34,644 nucleotides of DNA, from IMG/VR virus record IMGVR_UViG_3300046009_008109, positions 1 through 34,644 of that record. One strand, written 5' to 3'. Both the position numbers and the translations under genes were made by a program. The stretch's first letter is position 1, and the number at the start of each line of letters is the position of its first letter. This document shows, in pieces, positions 8,270 to 18,308 of this stretch. The notes under the pieces are model-generated. The model was given only the letters and a program-made list of their open reading frames with translations, had not been told where the DNA came from and did no database searches. Source of the DNA: a virus. Taxonomy: Duplodnaviria > Caudoviricetes.

Positions 8270-9328
8270 ATGGTAACTCCGATTGATCTCAGACCTGGAG
8301 CTTCTATTGCTGCTCAAACCCCGACACCTAATCGACCTGTTACGGTGACTAGGGCAGACATTGTTGGGCCTGCAAGAAGACAGTCATTAGTTAACATAGA
8401 ATCACCTGCAGGTGCTACTAATAGGTATGTATTTCCGTCTGATCTCGGCCCACACTACATGAACATCGGAATAACGGCGTCGAATAGAAGAACGTCCAGT
8501 ATGTCTATTCTTGCTCCTAGAACTAGTGACATCAGGAACACTGAAACTAGTATTGCATTGCCATTACCTGAAAATATAAAAGATGTGACGCAAGTAGCTT
8601 ATTCTGAGAGTCGTGTTTTGGGTGGCGCAAATGCATTACAAGCTATTATGGGTGTGGCAACTGGTGCAATTAGTGGGTCTCTAGGGCCTATTTCAAGGTT
8701 CCCGTCTGGGGGGTTTAATGCAGCAGTACAAGCAGCACAGGGATTCGCACAACCTTTAATAGAACCGGCGTTGAATGATTTGCAAGCATCTACAGGATTG
8801 ACACCAAACCAGATGTTAACTGTTCTGCTGCAAGGCCCGACATATAAAACACATTCGTTTACTTGGAAATTGTATCCTAAAGATCCGAGAGAATCTATAG
8901 TTATAAAACAAATAATAAATGAATTGAAAATCAAATCAAGGCCAGGAACCTCTCTTTATAGACAATTTTTTACTTTCCCTAGATTGTTCAATTTAAGTTT
9001 CACAATTAACGGGAAAGAACATTTTAATGAACAAGACCCTCAAAATTATTTGTTTGCGTTCAAACCAGCTGTGTTGGAAGGTATATCTGTGAATTACACC
9101 CCTTCAGGTCAACCTGCGTTATACAAAGGCACTGGCGCACCTGATGGTGTTGAAATTACATTGAATTTCAAAGAAGTCGAATATTGGTTGAATGGCGAAG
9201 AATCAGCCGTAGATAGAATTTTCGACCTCTTCGGATCACAAGAACCCGTTTCACCCGGCGCTGGCCGAGTTGGGTTTCCGTCAGCATCAGGAATTGAAAC
9301 CTTACCCGGTGATTTACCTATATCATAA
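8270..9328 (+). CDS. gp48: Baseplate tail-tube cap
   Basis: Y.FPSDL, IALPLPENI.D...Y, PN....L.GP..K.HSF.WKL.PK...ES..I..II, L..ISVNYTP and L.F.E.E. Confidence 0.85.
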   Translation: MVTPIDLRPGASIAAQTPTPNRPVTVTRADIVGPARRQSLVNIESPAGATNRYVFPSDLGPHYMNIGITASNRRTSSMSILAPRTSDIRNTETSIALPLPENIKDVTQVAYSESRVLGGANALQAIMGVATGAISGSLGPISRFPSGGFNAAVQAAQGFAQPLIEPALNDLQASTGLTPNQMLTVLLQGPTYKTHSFTWKLYPKDPRESIVIKQIINELKIKSRPGTSLYRQFFTFPRLFNLSFTINGKEHFNEQDPQNYLFAFKPAVLEGISVNYTPSGQPALYKGTGAPDGVEITLNFKEVEYWLNGEESAVDRIFDLFGSQEPVSPGAGRVGFPSASGIETLPGDLPIS

Positions 9329-9342
9329 TTTAGGATAGCAAA

Positions 9343-10221
9343 ATGCCAGAATATTTTTTCGCAAAATTTCCCAAAATACAATATTCAAACTCAACCTGCG
9401 TTGATTTGACTAAGAGAGTAGTTGTTAATGCAGATTTGAGAAATTCACCTATTGTTTTTGACGAGTATGATATAAAGAATTCTTCAAGAGCTGACATTAT
9501 TTCTGAAAATTATTATGAAGATCCTACTATGGAATGGATGATATGGATGACTAATGGAATCATTGATCCGTATTATGGATGGTCATTGACCAACGAAGAA
9601 TTTGATGCTCACCTGATAAAAAAATACGGATCAATTGATCTGACATTGAAAAAAATAGCATACTTCAGAAATAATTGGAGAAATGATGATCGTGAACTTT
9701 CTCCGAGTTTCTACAACAGTCAATTGCCCGCGAATTTGAAGAAATATTTCACACCTAATTTCAATGACGGCATAACAATATTGAGTTACACAAGAAAACG
9801 TGATGATATTTTAGTCAATACAAACAAATTATACAGTTTTAATGTTACATTGTCAAACACTCAATTGACTTTCACGGTGGGTGAACTTGTCGATATTACA
9901 ACCAACACTGCACCATTCACTGTTGTCGGTGGAGGTGAAGTCATTTTCGCAAACACTTCAGTTGTTAAGGTCAAAAACATCGCAGGTAACACTTCAGCGA
10001 CTAATTTGATTGCGAGTGAACAAACAAACGCAGTGGCAACAATAACTACATCAACACTAATCGCAGACAATATACCAGACGATGAGGCTGCTTATTGGGA
10101 ACCTGTCTATGTGTATGATGTTGAATATGAGAGCAATGAAAAAAACAAATCAATTCAATTATTGAATCCAGCGTATGCAAAAGAACTCGCATTTAATTTG
10201 AGAACAGCACTAAAACAATGA
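9343..10221 (+). CDS. gp53: Baseplate wedge subunit (LysM-like)
   Basis: YF.KFPKI.Y, Y.I....RAD.IS..YY.DP...W.I...N.IIDPYY.W.L and YD.E...NE....I.LL.P.Y. Confidence 0.9.
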   Translation: MPEYFFAKFPKIQYSNSTCVDLTKRVVVNADLRNSPIVFDEYDIKNSSRADIISENYYEDPTMEWMIWMTNGIIDPYYGWSLTNEEFDAHLIKKYGSIDLTLKKIAYFRNNWRNDDRELSPSFYNSQLPANLKKYFTPNFNDGITILSYTRKRDDILVNTNKLYSFNVTLSNTQLTFTVGELVDITTNTAPFTVVGGGEVIFANTSVVKVKNIAGNTSATNLIASEQTNAVATITTSTLIADNIPDDEAAYWEPVYVYDVEYESNEKNKSIQLLNPAYAKELAFNLRTALKQ

Positions 10222-11456
10222 CACTACCGTTATATAATCAGGCATTCATCAATAAGTGTATGATAAACAACATTGATGTGACTTCTCATGTCCGTCAATT
10301 GTATGTTAGTTCGTCTATAATGACCCCATACATATTAGCAAAATTAACTATTGCTGATATGACACAGATACAGGATGCATTGTATGAACCTGGTGTGCCG
10401 GTAAGTATAGTTTATAGTGCAGGTGATAGTACTATATTGCGTGAGTTTTCTTTAGTTACGCTTGGAAATATGGGTGCAACAAAAGCAGAGAATAATCGTG
10501 TAGGTAAAACTGAAATATCTGCAATAAGTAAATGCTATTTCGATTTACAATTAGAGCATAACAGTTTTCATCAAAATTTACCTGCGTCTGAAGTTTTTAG
10601 AAAGCTACACAAAGAATTAGTCCCAGGGACAAACGTTAATGTCACAAAAACCCGAGGTTTGATTGGCGACCGTGAACCATTTCATTTGCGCGGAATTAAA
10701 TTGGGTAGAGCTATAAACACAGTTAGAAGTCGTATGACTGATGAGAAATACAAATCAGGTGCATATGTGTATTATGTCGATCAAAATATGAACTATAATT
10801 GCAAACCTATTATAGAATTGTTTGAAACTGCAAGAGGACCTAAATTTCATCAACGAGTTGCGGGACATAGTTTTTTGCGTGAACAAGACGAGTTGGCGTT
10901 TAATATTTTCTCAATGAAACAAGGGACGGCAGGTGATAGCGGCGCTGACAATGCTGCCAATTATCAATCAGCGTTGAGACAACGTGGCGGCGGTGTAAAT
11001 GAAGGGTGGGACTGGGCTTCTGCTACATATAAACCCCCTGCATCCAAAGATTATGACACAGCGTCGATTGCCACACCAGGTAAAACGGCATGGAGAGGTG
11101 ACATATCTAGTTCACCCGGGACAGTCAACCACAAATTTAATTACGACTCAAATCAGAAATTGTCTGAAGATTTTGAAGTCGATATTGCAAACAAAAATTT
11201 GATTAAATCACTTGTGATGCAAGGATCTACATTGATCAACGTTCCTCTCGAAGGAGGACTACAATCTTATGTCGGCAAGGGTGTCTATCTTGATATACCC
11301 GTAAACGCAGGTGACTCGGACGGTATGACATCTTTGACTGGCGGTCAACATTTAGTGATCGCCCAAGGTGAGTATATATTCCAAGACAAGAAAGGTTTTA
11401 ACGGTGTTGCTGCTATTCAAACATCCAGCGGCGGTAAGCAAGGGAGCTTAGTATAA
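10218..11456 (+). CDS. Putative baseplate hub protein (gp27-like position)
   Basis: Lies between gp53 and the gp5 OB-fold. The N-terminal SI..PY..A.L.I.D and C-terminal G..V.L.IP....LTGG.HLV patterns resemble hub proteins. Confidence 0.55.
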   Translation: MTLPLYNQAFINKCMINNIDVTSHVRQLYVSSSIMTPYILAKLTIADMTQIQDALYEPGVPVSIVYSAGDSTILREFSLVTLGNMGATKAENNRVGKTEISAISKCYFDLQLEHNSFHQNLPASEVFRKLHKELVPGTNVNVTKTRGLIGDREPFHLRGIKLGRAINTVRSRMTDEKYKSGAYVYYVDQNMNYNCKPIIELFETARGPKFHQRVAGHSFLREQDELAFNIFSMKQGTAGDSGADNAANYQSALRQRGGGVNEGWDWASATYKPPASKDYDTASIATPGKTAWRGDISSSPGTVNHKFNYDSNQKLSEDFEVDIANKNLIKSLVMQGSTLINVPLEGGLQSYVGKGVYLDIPVNAGDSDGMTSLTGGQHLVIAQGEYIFQDKKGFNGVAAIQTSSGGKQGSLV

Positions 11457-11457
11457 T

Positions 11458-11766
11458 ATGAAGTATGGCAGAGGTCGAGGTTTTAATTATTTCATCGGTG
11501 AAGTCGTCAGTGTAAATTCGCCATATCAAGACGGTTCGGTCAGAGTTAGAGCGTATGGAACGGAAGACGATGCTATCAAAATTCCTGATGAATCTTTGCG
11601 TTGGTATAAAGTGTTAATGCCTGTCACACATGCTCAAATTCCTGGTTCTGGTGGGTTACATGGTTTGATGAAAGGGTCAGTAGTTATGTGCATTTACTTA
11701 GACGACAATGAACAAATTCCGATGGTGATAGGTGTTATCACATCATCAGGAAAGCCAAAACAATAA
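11458..11766 (+). CDS. gp5: gp5 N-terminal OB-fold domain as a stand-alone ORF
   Basis: FIGEVV.V..P...G.VRVR.YG......IPDE.L.W..VLMPVT....G and GS.V...YLD..EQ.P.VIG. Confidence 0.85.
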   Translation: MKYGRGRGFNYFIGEVVSVNSPYQDGSVRVRAYGTEDDAIKIPDESLRWYKVLMPVTHAQIPGSGGLHGLMKGSVVMCIYLDDNEQIPMVIGVITSSGKPKQ

Positions 11767-11778
11767 TGGAGTTTTTCT

Positions 11779-12378
11779 ATGGTTTCCGCAATTGATCCAA
11801 CAACAATAGGTATACCTGCATCTGCAAGACCGCAAAATGATCCTAGACTTGTCGATGGTCTAGCAGGTCTTGAAACGGCACATGGTGCACTACAAGGTGC
11901 AATTGATTCTATCTATGATTTGTCATACAATTTAACTTCAAACAGAGTTCTCGGAGGGTTCGATTTACCCACCATAGGTTCTCAAATATTTGACGGCGAC
12001 AGTGATGCGGCAAAATTCATTAGACAATTTGATCCCAACAATTCTTCGGGTGTAGTCGGATTCGGGTTGAAAATAGTTGACCAAATCAACTCAGCCCTTG
12101 ATGAAGAAAAGATTTTCAAAGATATTTTCGGGCCTCAAATGACATGTTTAGTGACTTCTTTCGTTGACATAAGTAATATATTGCCACAAATAAACATAAA
12201 CTTTCCTGACATAGGAGCTCTGTTAAAACAGAAATTGCAGGAAATTCAAAATGCGATTAATTCTGCAATTGATGGTGTGTTAGCACCTATCAGAGAATTG
12301 ATCGGTTCGATAGCAGAAGCTTTGCAAAAAGTTAATGATCTTATCGGAAAAATTGCGGCATGTGCCACAGCAACATAA
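11779..12378 (+). CDS. Hypothetical helical protein occupying the gp5 middle-domain slot
   Basis: SD GGAG at 11768-11771, amphipathic helical C-terminus, in frame with the upstream gp5 N-domain ORF. Confidence 0.6.
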   Translation: MVSAIDPTTIGIPASARPQNDPRLVDGLAGLETAHGALQGAIDSIYDLSYNLTSNRVLGGFDLPTIGSQIFDGDSDAAKFIRQFDPNNSSGVVGFGLKIVDQINSALDEEKIFKDIFGPQMTCLVTSFVDISNILPQININFPDIGALLKQKLQEIQNAINSAIDGVLAPIRELIGSIAEALQKVNDLIGKIAACATAT

Positions 12379-12388
12379 GGACCATATT

Positions 12389-13057
12389 ATGACAGTTAAT
12401 CCAGATGATACTGAAAATTTGAAGAGATCCGTCAGTGAAGCTATCACGAAAGATCGTGATAGACAAAGAACGAGAACACCCGACGCAGCACTAAACAATG
12501 CAGGCAAATATCCGCTAAGAACTGTGCAAGAATATATTGGCGGTCATAGAACAGTTTTTGATAATACTCCTGGATCTAGAGTCGTTGAATTTGCACACGG
12601 CGCAGGAACATTCCAGCAATGGTCTGAGGACGGCGCAGAAATTAAAGTTGTGGTAGGTAACGCCCATCATCACATGAAAGAAGGTTACACCATGACAATA
12701 AATCAAAATGGTGACATCAAAATTGACGGGCATTGTAGAGTTTCAGTTGGCGGCGGTGTTCACATAGAAGCTAGAGGTGACGTTTCATTAGTCACGACTG
12801 GTAATTTTACTGCGTTTGCTGCAAAGGACTACAAAGTTGTTGCTGGCGGTAAGGTCAGCATTCTGGGTCGTGGCGGCGTGAACCTTTCAACAGACAACGC
12901 ATTTAAAGTCAGAGCAGGCACCGATCAGTCATATAAAATAGGTGGAAATTCGACCGAAGAGATAGGCGGAAATTCAACTGAAACAGTCGGCGGAGATTTG
13001 AAGTCGAATGCCGTCGGAACGATGAAATTCACAGCAACATCAATTGATCTCAACTAA
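12389..13057 (+). CDS. gp5: gp5 C-terminal beta-helix spike (222 aa)
   Basis: YP...V....GGH...FDNTPG..R....H..GTF, 8-aa repeats (IGGNSTEE/IGGNSTET/VGGD) and the ending IDLN. Start moved to ATG 12389, which follows AAGGA. Confidence 0.85.
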   Translation: MTVNPDDTENLKRSVSEAITKDRDRQRTRTPDAALNNAGKYPLRTVQEYIGGHRTVFDNTPGSRVVEFAHGAGTFQQWSEDGAEIKVVVGNAHHHMKEGYTMTINQNGDIKIDGHCRVSVGGGVHIEARGDVSLVTTGNFTAFAAKDYKVVAGGKVSILGRGGVNLSTDNAFKVRAGTDQSYKIGGNSTEEIGGNSTETVGGDLKSNAVGTMKFTATSIDLN

Positions 13058-13074
13058 CAATCTAAGGTAATCGA

Positions 13075-13497
13075 ATGTCAAGATCAGATCCATACATCAA
13101 TAATAAATCTAAAGACGATAAACGATATAGTGATCTCGCTTTGAGTTTTAACATTTCACCTGTGACTGGAAATCTTTCAAGGGTCACAGATGAACAATCA
13201 GTTAAACAAGCATTGCGAACCTTGATATTGACCAATAAAGGTGAACGACTTCATCAAAAATCGTTGGGGTCTAACCTGACCTCAATGCTATTTGACCCGG
13301 TAGATTCTGTTACCGCGAACATGATTAGAAATGCGATTGAAGAGTGCATTCAAAATTATGAACCCAGAGTTGACATAGTTCAAATCCAAGTTATCCCTGA
13401 CGTTGAAAATCTTCAATACAAGATTAACATTTTTTTCAGAATAATAAATATTCCTGAATTACAACAACTTGACTTAACATTAAAAAGAGTTCGATAA
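13075..13497 (+). CDS. gp25: Baseplate wedge / sheath initiator
   Basis: YSDL.L.F...PVTG.L....DE.SVKQ....LILTN.GER, GS....LF and I.NYEPRV. Confidence 0.95.
   Translation: MSRSDPYINNKSKDDKRYSDLALSFNISPVTGNLSRVTDEQSVKQALRTLILTNKGERLHQKSLGSNLTSMLFDPVDSVTANMIRNAIEECIQNYEPRVDIVQIQVIPDVENLQYKINIFFRIINIPELQQLDLTLKRVR
13444..13450 (+). promoter_or_regulatory. Late promoter-like ATAAATA upstream of gp6
   Basis: AATAAATA, ~50 nt before the gp6 ATG. Confidence 0.4.
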
Positions 13498-13499
13498 GA

Positions 13500-15338
13500 A
13501 TGTCAAATTCATCAATAAATCTCGTAAACTTAGATTTCGCAACTATCAAGCGCAGTTTGCGTGACCACTTATCAGCACAAGACCAATTCAAAGATTATAA
13601 CTTTGATAGTTCGTCTATGAATGTGTTGTTAGAAATTCTGTCGTATAACACATACAAGAATGCATTCTATTTGAACATGATAGGTTCAGAGGCGTTTTTA
13701 GATAGCGCTCAACTTAAAGAATCTGTTTATTCACATGCCAAAGAATTGAATTACCTGCCCAGATCTGCTAAAAGTGCTGTCGCAAATTTAACTATATCAT
13801 TCTCAGCATCAGGTGTGAGTCAACCTTACATTATTCGTAAAGGTGAAACATTCAATGCAGTTGTCAAACAAAATTCTTATGTGTTCAGCGTTGTATCAGA
13901 TCAAATATTGACTTCACCTAATACTTCGTTCACTGCGACGTTTGACGTGTATGAAGGTCGTTACGTGGCAGATAGTTATGTGGTCGAAGCGCAAAATAAT
14001 TCATATCAAATAACTAATGATAATATCGACACCGACTCATTGGTTGTTTTAGTTTATGAGAATAATTCGACAGTTCCTAAAGTTTTCAAACAAGCAAAAA
14101 CATTATTGGGTTTGAATGAAAATTCAGAAGTTTATTTCATACAAACATCATACAATGGAAAATATGAAGTCGTTTTTGGCGACGATGTGTTGGGCAGAAA
14201 ACCTTTGATTGGAAGCACGGTCATTCTCGATTACAGAGTTACTGCAGGCGCAGAGGCAAACGGAGCTAGAACGTTTGCACCCAATTTTGACCCCACAGGT
14301 TCATCAGAGTTGACATCCGCTGTTGTGGTTGCGACTAATAATTATTCACCTACATCAGATTCGGCATTTGCTGTTAATGGGTCTAACTCTGAAAGCATAG
14401 AATCAGTTCGTTATTACGCACCGAGACATTTCCAGACGCAAGAGCGTGCTGTGACTGCAAATGACTACGAAACGCTGTTGAAAATGCAATTCCCCGAAAT
14501 TGGTGCAATCTCTGTGTATGGCGGCGAGGAAATGAGTCCGCCAAGATACGGACGTGTGTTTGTTGCGATTGACATTGCGAATGTGAACGGATTACCTGAT
14601 TCTAAGAAGCAAGAATATTACAGTTTCTTGAAATCTCGTGTTCCGTTGTCTATTGATCCTATTTTTGTCGAACCCGAGTTCACTTATGTCCAAGTCAATT
14701 CAAAGATAAAATACAACGTCAACAACACAGCAAGAACTGCTCAAAATCTAGAAACTTCGATAACTTTAGCAGTGAACGAATTTGCACAGACATTCTTGAA
14801 TGACTTCAAATCGACATTACGCTATTCTAAGTTGACAACAGTGATTGATGACGTGGATCCTAGTATTGTTTCAAACCAAACTGATTTGTTTGCTTACAAG
14901 AAGATTGCCCCTCTTTTAGGCAGATCTCAAAATATTGACGTGAATTTCAATATGCCGTTGAGAAAAACTTATTACGTGCTTGATAGGGTTGTCAGAGATA
15001 GATCAGTTTCCCAGGGTGAAATAGAAGTCGCGCACACTGTTCGCTCTTCTACGATCACGTTCAATGGCATAAAGTGTGAAATCGAAGATAACGGCGCGGG
15101 GCTATTGCGATTGGTTAAAGTCTCTGACGATGAGCATACGATAATTAGAACAGTAGGCACTGTAAATTACGATACAGGCAAAATTCAATTGACAAACTTC
15201 TTGATCGACTCTTATGACGGAAACTTTTTGAAAATATACGTCACCCCTGCCGAAAAGGATGTTGTCATTACTAAAAATGAAATTTTGTTTATTGAATCTG
15301 ACGAAATTAATTTGGACGTAGAGGCTATTAGAGAATAA
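13500..15338 (+). CDS. gp6: Baseplate wedge subunit
   Basis: LDF..IK..L...L..Q..FKDYNF..S....LL..L.YNT, E.FLDSAQL..SV.SHAKELNY.PRS, FGD.VLG, Q.RAVTA.DY and GGEE..PP.YG.VF. Confidence 0.95.
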   Translation: MSNSSINLVNLDFATIKRSLRDHLSAQDQFKDYNFDSSSMNVLLEILSYNTYKNAFYLNMIGSEAFLDSAQLKESVYSHAKELNYLPRSAKSAVANLTISFSASGVSQPYIIRKGETFNAVVKQNSYVFSVVSDQILTSPNTSFTATFDVYEGRYVADSYVVEAQNNSYQITNDNIDTDSLVVLVYENNSTVPKVFKQAKTLLGLNENSEVYFIQTSYNGKYEVVFGDDVLGRKPLIGSTVILDYRVTAGAEANGARTFAPNFDPTGSSELTSAVVVATNNYSPTSDSAFAVNGSNSESIESVRYYAPRHFQTQERAVTANDYETLLKMQFPEIGAISVYGGEEMSPPRYGRVFVAIDIANVNGLPDSKKQEYYSFLKSRVPLSIDPIFVEPEFTYVQVNSKIKYNVNNTARTAQNLETSITLAVNEFAQTFLNDFKSTLRYSKLTTVIDDVDPSIVSNQTDLFAYKKIAPLLGRSQNIDVNFNMPLRKTYYVLDRVVRDRSVSQGEIEVAHTVRSSTITFNGIKCEIEDNGAGLLRLVKVSDDEHTIIRTVGTVNYDTGKIQLTNFLIDSYDGNFLKIYVTPAEKDVVITKNEILFIESDEINLDVEAIRE

Positions 15339-18307
15339 TGTCAACTATAGAAAAGAACATTTCACAATTCATCAAAACGCAATTCCCTTCCGTCTATCGT
15401 GAAGAGGGGGAATTATTCGTTGAGTTCGTAACAAGTTATTACGAATGGATGGAAGAATCAAACAATGTTCTGTATCACGCTAGAAGATTGTCTGATTATT
15501 CAGACATTGACATGACCGTTGACGATTATGTTTTGAATTTTAAGAAAAAATATCTCGACGGAATTCAATTTGACACTGCTGCACAAACAAAAAATCTAGT
15601 GAAACATTCTTTAGATTTGTATAGATCTAAAGGCACTGAGAGATCAGTGGATCTATTTTTCAGAGCTGTGTTCGGGGCACCCGCGGAAGTTTATTATCCC
15701 GGCGAAGATATTTTCCGTTTATCTGACGGCAAATGGGTCAGACCTAGATATCTTGAAATAACAAACAGTGATTATAACATCGAATTTGTGGGTAAAATCA
15801 TACAAGGTGTTAACTCTAAGGCGACTGCGTTTGTCGAAAGATACATCAGAAGAAAAATCAAATCTAAGTTTATTCACGTTTATTACATTTCTGCAATAAC
15901 CGGAGAATTTGAAACTGGAGAGTTGATTACGCTGATCGGTTCTAGTTTGAAAAACACACCGACAATCATAGGTTCTATGACAACCTTACAGGTTATCACT
16001 GGCGGAATCAATTTTGAAGTGGGTGATATTGTCAACTTGACTTCAAACAACGGCCTACAAGGTAAAGCAAGAGTCTCGTCAATTTCGAACTTGACAGGCG
16101 CTGTGTCATATGATTTGACTGATTCTGGTTGGGGTTATTCCACAAACTCTGATGTTATCATTTCAGAAAAAGTTTTGTTTTTATCTAATGTTGTTGCAGG
16201 TTCGAATACTACTGATTTCAGTTTTGAAATTTTTGAAACAATCAAGCAACCGCTTGCAAACGTTTCTTTGATCAACGCCAGTGCGACTTTGAATTTAGTC
16301 AATAATGCTGTCCTGTCAACGTATTATTCTAATGGCGTTGTTGCAGGTAGAGGCAGAGTCCTGAATTACACGTCAAACGGTTCTACTAACGGCGAGGTAT
16401 ATGTTTCTGAATTTGTAAATACATTAGGACCTGTATTAGAACCTGCAGCAAATTTAGCCGGGACAGTTTCAGTTTCAACTGTTGATACACCAATTCTGGG
16501 CACTTCTACTACTACACAAAACAACACAAAGGTCATTGGCGTTTCAACATCATACACGTCTGATCTAGTTGCAGGGCAAATCATTAAAATGTTTGCCTAC
16601 AATTCTAACAATGTTTTGACTGACACACAAGAGAATATTGTTCAATCAATTGCAAACACGACGGAAATGACGCTCGCAACAAACGCCAATTTCACTTCGT
16701 CAAACGTCATCATACAATCATTAGGCACTAAAACAATTGTCGGGACAGGAACAGCACTTAGTAGCAATTTTGTTTACGGTGATGAAGTTGCATTTTTCAC
16801 TAATTCAACGAACTATGTCATCAAAACTGTAAATTCGGTCGTCAATGCCACATTCATGACTATTCAAGAAACTATCGGGTTTTCTAACGTATCGGCTAAA
16901 TGTGCTACAGTTACGACAAACAACAAAATTTACACATCAGGGAATGCTATCAACGCAAACATTTCTTCTAGGACTGATAAATCAGCGACTGCGAATGTCA
17001 TGGGTGTGTCAACTAGAAATACATTGAAATTGGTTAACTGTTCTTCGAATTTTTTAAACACTGACTACATTTATCAGTTGAACGCAGATAACGATGAAAT
17101 TGCAAATTCTAGAATACAGTCAGTTGTCGTGGCGGGTTCAAACGCGACTGTAGTTACTGCAAATACCGTAGGGGTGTTTGTTGTTAATGGTGCTCAACCT
17201 ATCAGAACTAGACACGCAAACGGCGTTGTTTCAGGCAAAACAGCAAACTTAGCGCAACTAGATCTTGAAATAGGTGTCATAAGCATTTCTAATACCTTTG
17301 TGACGACTGAGAACAATTTTGTTTACGGCGTCAATTCTTTCTCTAACGCTACGCTTGTTAGAGTTAGTACAGGATCTTTGGCTAATTTCTCTGTGTCAAA
17401 CACATTCACTTTCCCTGAGTCTATTACGATAACGTCAGATAAAGTTCAGCCATATTTGACCATTAAATTGGATGTGCCCGCTTACGGGTTTCCTAAATTT
17501 CCGTCTGCTAATCTCAGCACACAATATTTGAAAGACATATTTTCGAACACTACATTGACTATCGGCGGTATTTCATCTCTGATTGACATCAACCCAGGTA
17601 AGAATTACGATTACGCACCTTTTGTCACCGTTTATGATCCTTTGATTTCTAGCTTTGATTTGCATGATTTTGAAATGCAAATTTCAAACGTTGCTGGAGG
17701 TTTTTTCACTGTAGGTGAAGTAGTGTATCAAGCTGTCGGCGGAACAGGTATTGTTAAAAGTTCAAACTCATCACATATTTCTGTCAAAAGAATTACGTTC
17801 GAAAATACTTTCGATCTGAGTTCTGCTTTAATAGGACGAGCATCGGGTGTCACTGCAAATATTGATTCGATATCCGAAATTAAAAACATCTTGCAGATAG
17901 GTTTGAATGCAGTTGTCCAGACTAATGTGCAAACAGCGTCGGGTTCTGTAAACACCCTGGAAATTATTGACGCTGGGTTCGGATACATACAAGATGAAAC
18001 CGCAACTTTCACGTCAGAGGACGGAATTCGCAGCGGCACCGCTAAAATAAATTTAGGTAGACGAGGAATTTCTGAAGGGTTCTATAGAAATAGAAATGGG
18101 CAATTGAGCGCTGACAAAAAAATATTTGATGGCGAATATTATCAAGATTTCTCATATGAAATTCGATCACCAATTCGTGTTGATAAATATTCGGAGATGC
18201 TCAAGAACATTTTACACGTATCTGGAACTAAGATGTTCTCCGCGACTGTATTATCTGAAGTTGCAAATACCTCACTAAACATCATATCTGATATAACGAC
18301 GGAATAA
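15338..18307 (+). CDS. gp7: Baseplate wedge initiator
   Basis: I..QFP...REE...FV.F...YYEW.E, LYRSKGT.RS..LFFR..FG, and C-terminal G.LS..K.I.DG.YYQDFSYEI.S and H.SG.K.F. Confidence 0.85.
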   Translation: MSTIEKNISQFIKTQFPSVYREEGELFVEFVTSYYEWMEESNNVLYHARRLSDYSDIDMTVDDYVLNFKKKYLDGIQFDTAAQTKNLVKHSLDLYRSKGTERSVDLFFRAVFGAPAEVYYPGEDIFRLSDGKWVRPRYLEITNSDYNIEFVGKIIQGVNSKATAFVERYIRRKIKSKFIHVYYISAITGEFETGELITLIGSSLKNTPTIIGSMTTLQVITGGINFEVGDIVNLTSNNGLQGKARVSSISNLTGAVSYDLTDSGWGYSTNSDVIISEKVLFLSNVVAGSNTTDFSFEIFETIKQPLANVSLINASATLNLVNNAVLSTYYSNGVVAGRGRVLNYTSNGSTNGEVYVSEFVNTLGPVLEPAANLAGTVSVSTVDTPILGTSTTTQNNTKVIGVSTSYTSDLVAGQIIKMFAYNSNNVLTDTQENIVQSIANTTEMTLATNANFTSSNVIIQSLGTKTIVGTGTALSSNFVYGDEVAFFTNSTNYVIKTVNSVVNATFMTIQETIGFSNVSAKCATVTTNNKIYTSGNAINANISSRTDKSATANVMGVSTRNTLKLVNCSSNFLNTDYIYQLNADNDEIANSRIQSVVVAGSNATVVTANTVGVFVVNGAQPIRTRHANGVVSGKTANLAQLDLEIGVISISNTFVTTENNFVYGVNSFSNATLVRVSTGSLANFSVSNTFTFPESITITSDKVQPYLTIKLDVPAYGFPKFPSANLSTQYLKDIFSNTTLTIGGISSLIDINPGKNYDYAPFVTVYDPLISSFDLHDFEMQISNVAGGFFTVGEVVYQAVGGTGIVKSSNSSHISVKRITFENTFDLSSALIGRASGVTANIDSISEIKNILQIGLNAVVQTNVQTASGSVNTLEIIDAGFGYIQDETATFTSEDGIRSGTAKINLGRRGISEGFYRNRNGQLSADKKIFDGEYYQDFSYEIRSPIRVDKYSEMLKNILHVSGTKMFSATVLSEVANTSLNIISDITTE
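18183..18189 (+). promoter_or_regulatory. Late promoter-like ATAAATA upstream of gp8
   Basis: GATAAATA, ~120 nt before 18309. Confidence 0.35.
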
Positions 18308-18308
18308 A

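Noticed and set aside
12335-12388. Longer start for gp5C, or a frameshift fusion with the 199-aa ORF
   Set aside because: ATG 12389 has an AAGGA SD. The overlap would need a +1 shift, and there is no convincing signal for one.
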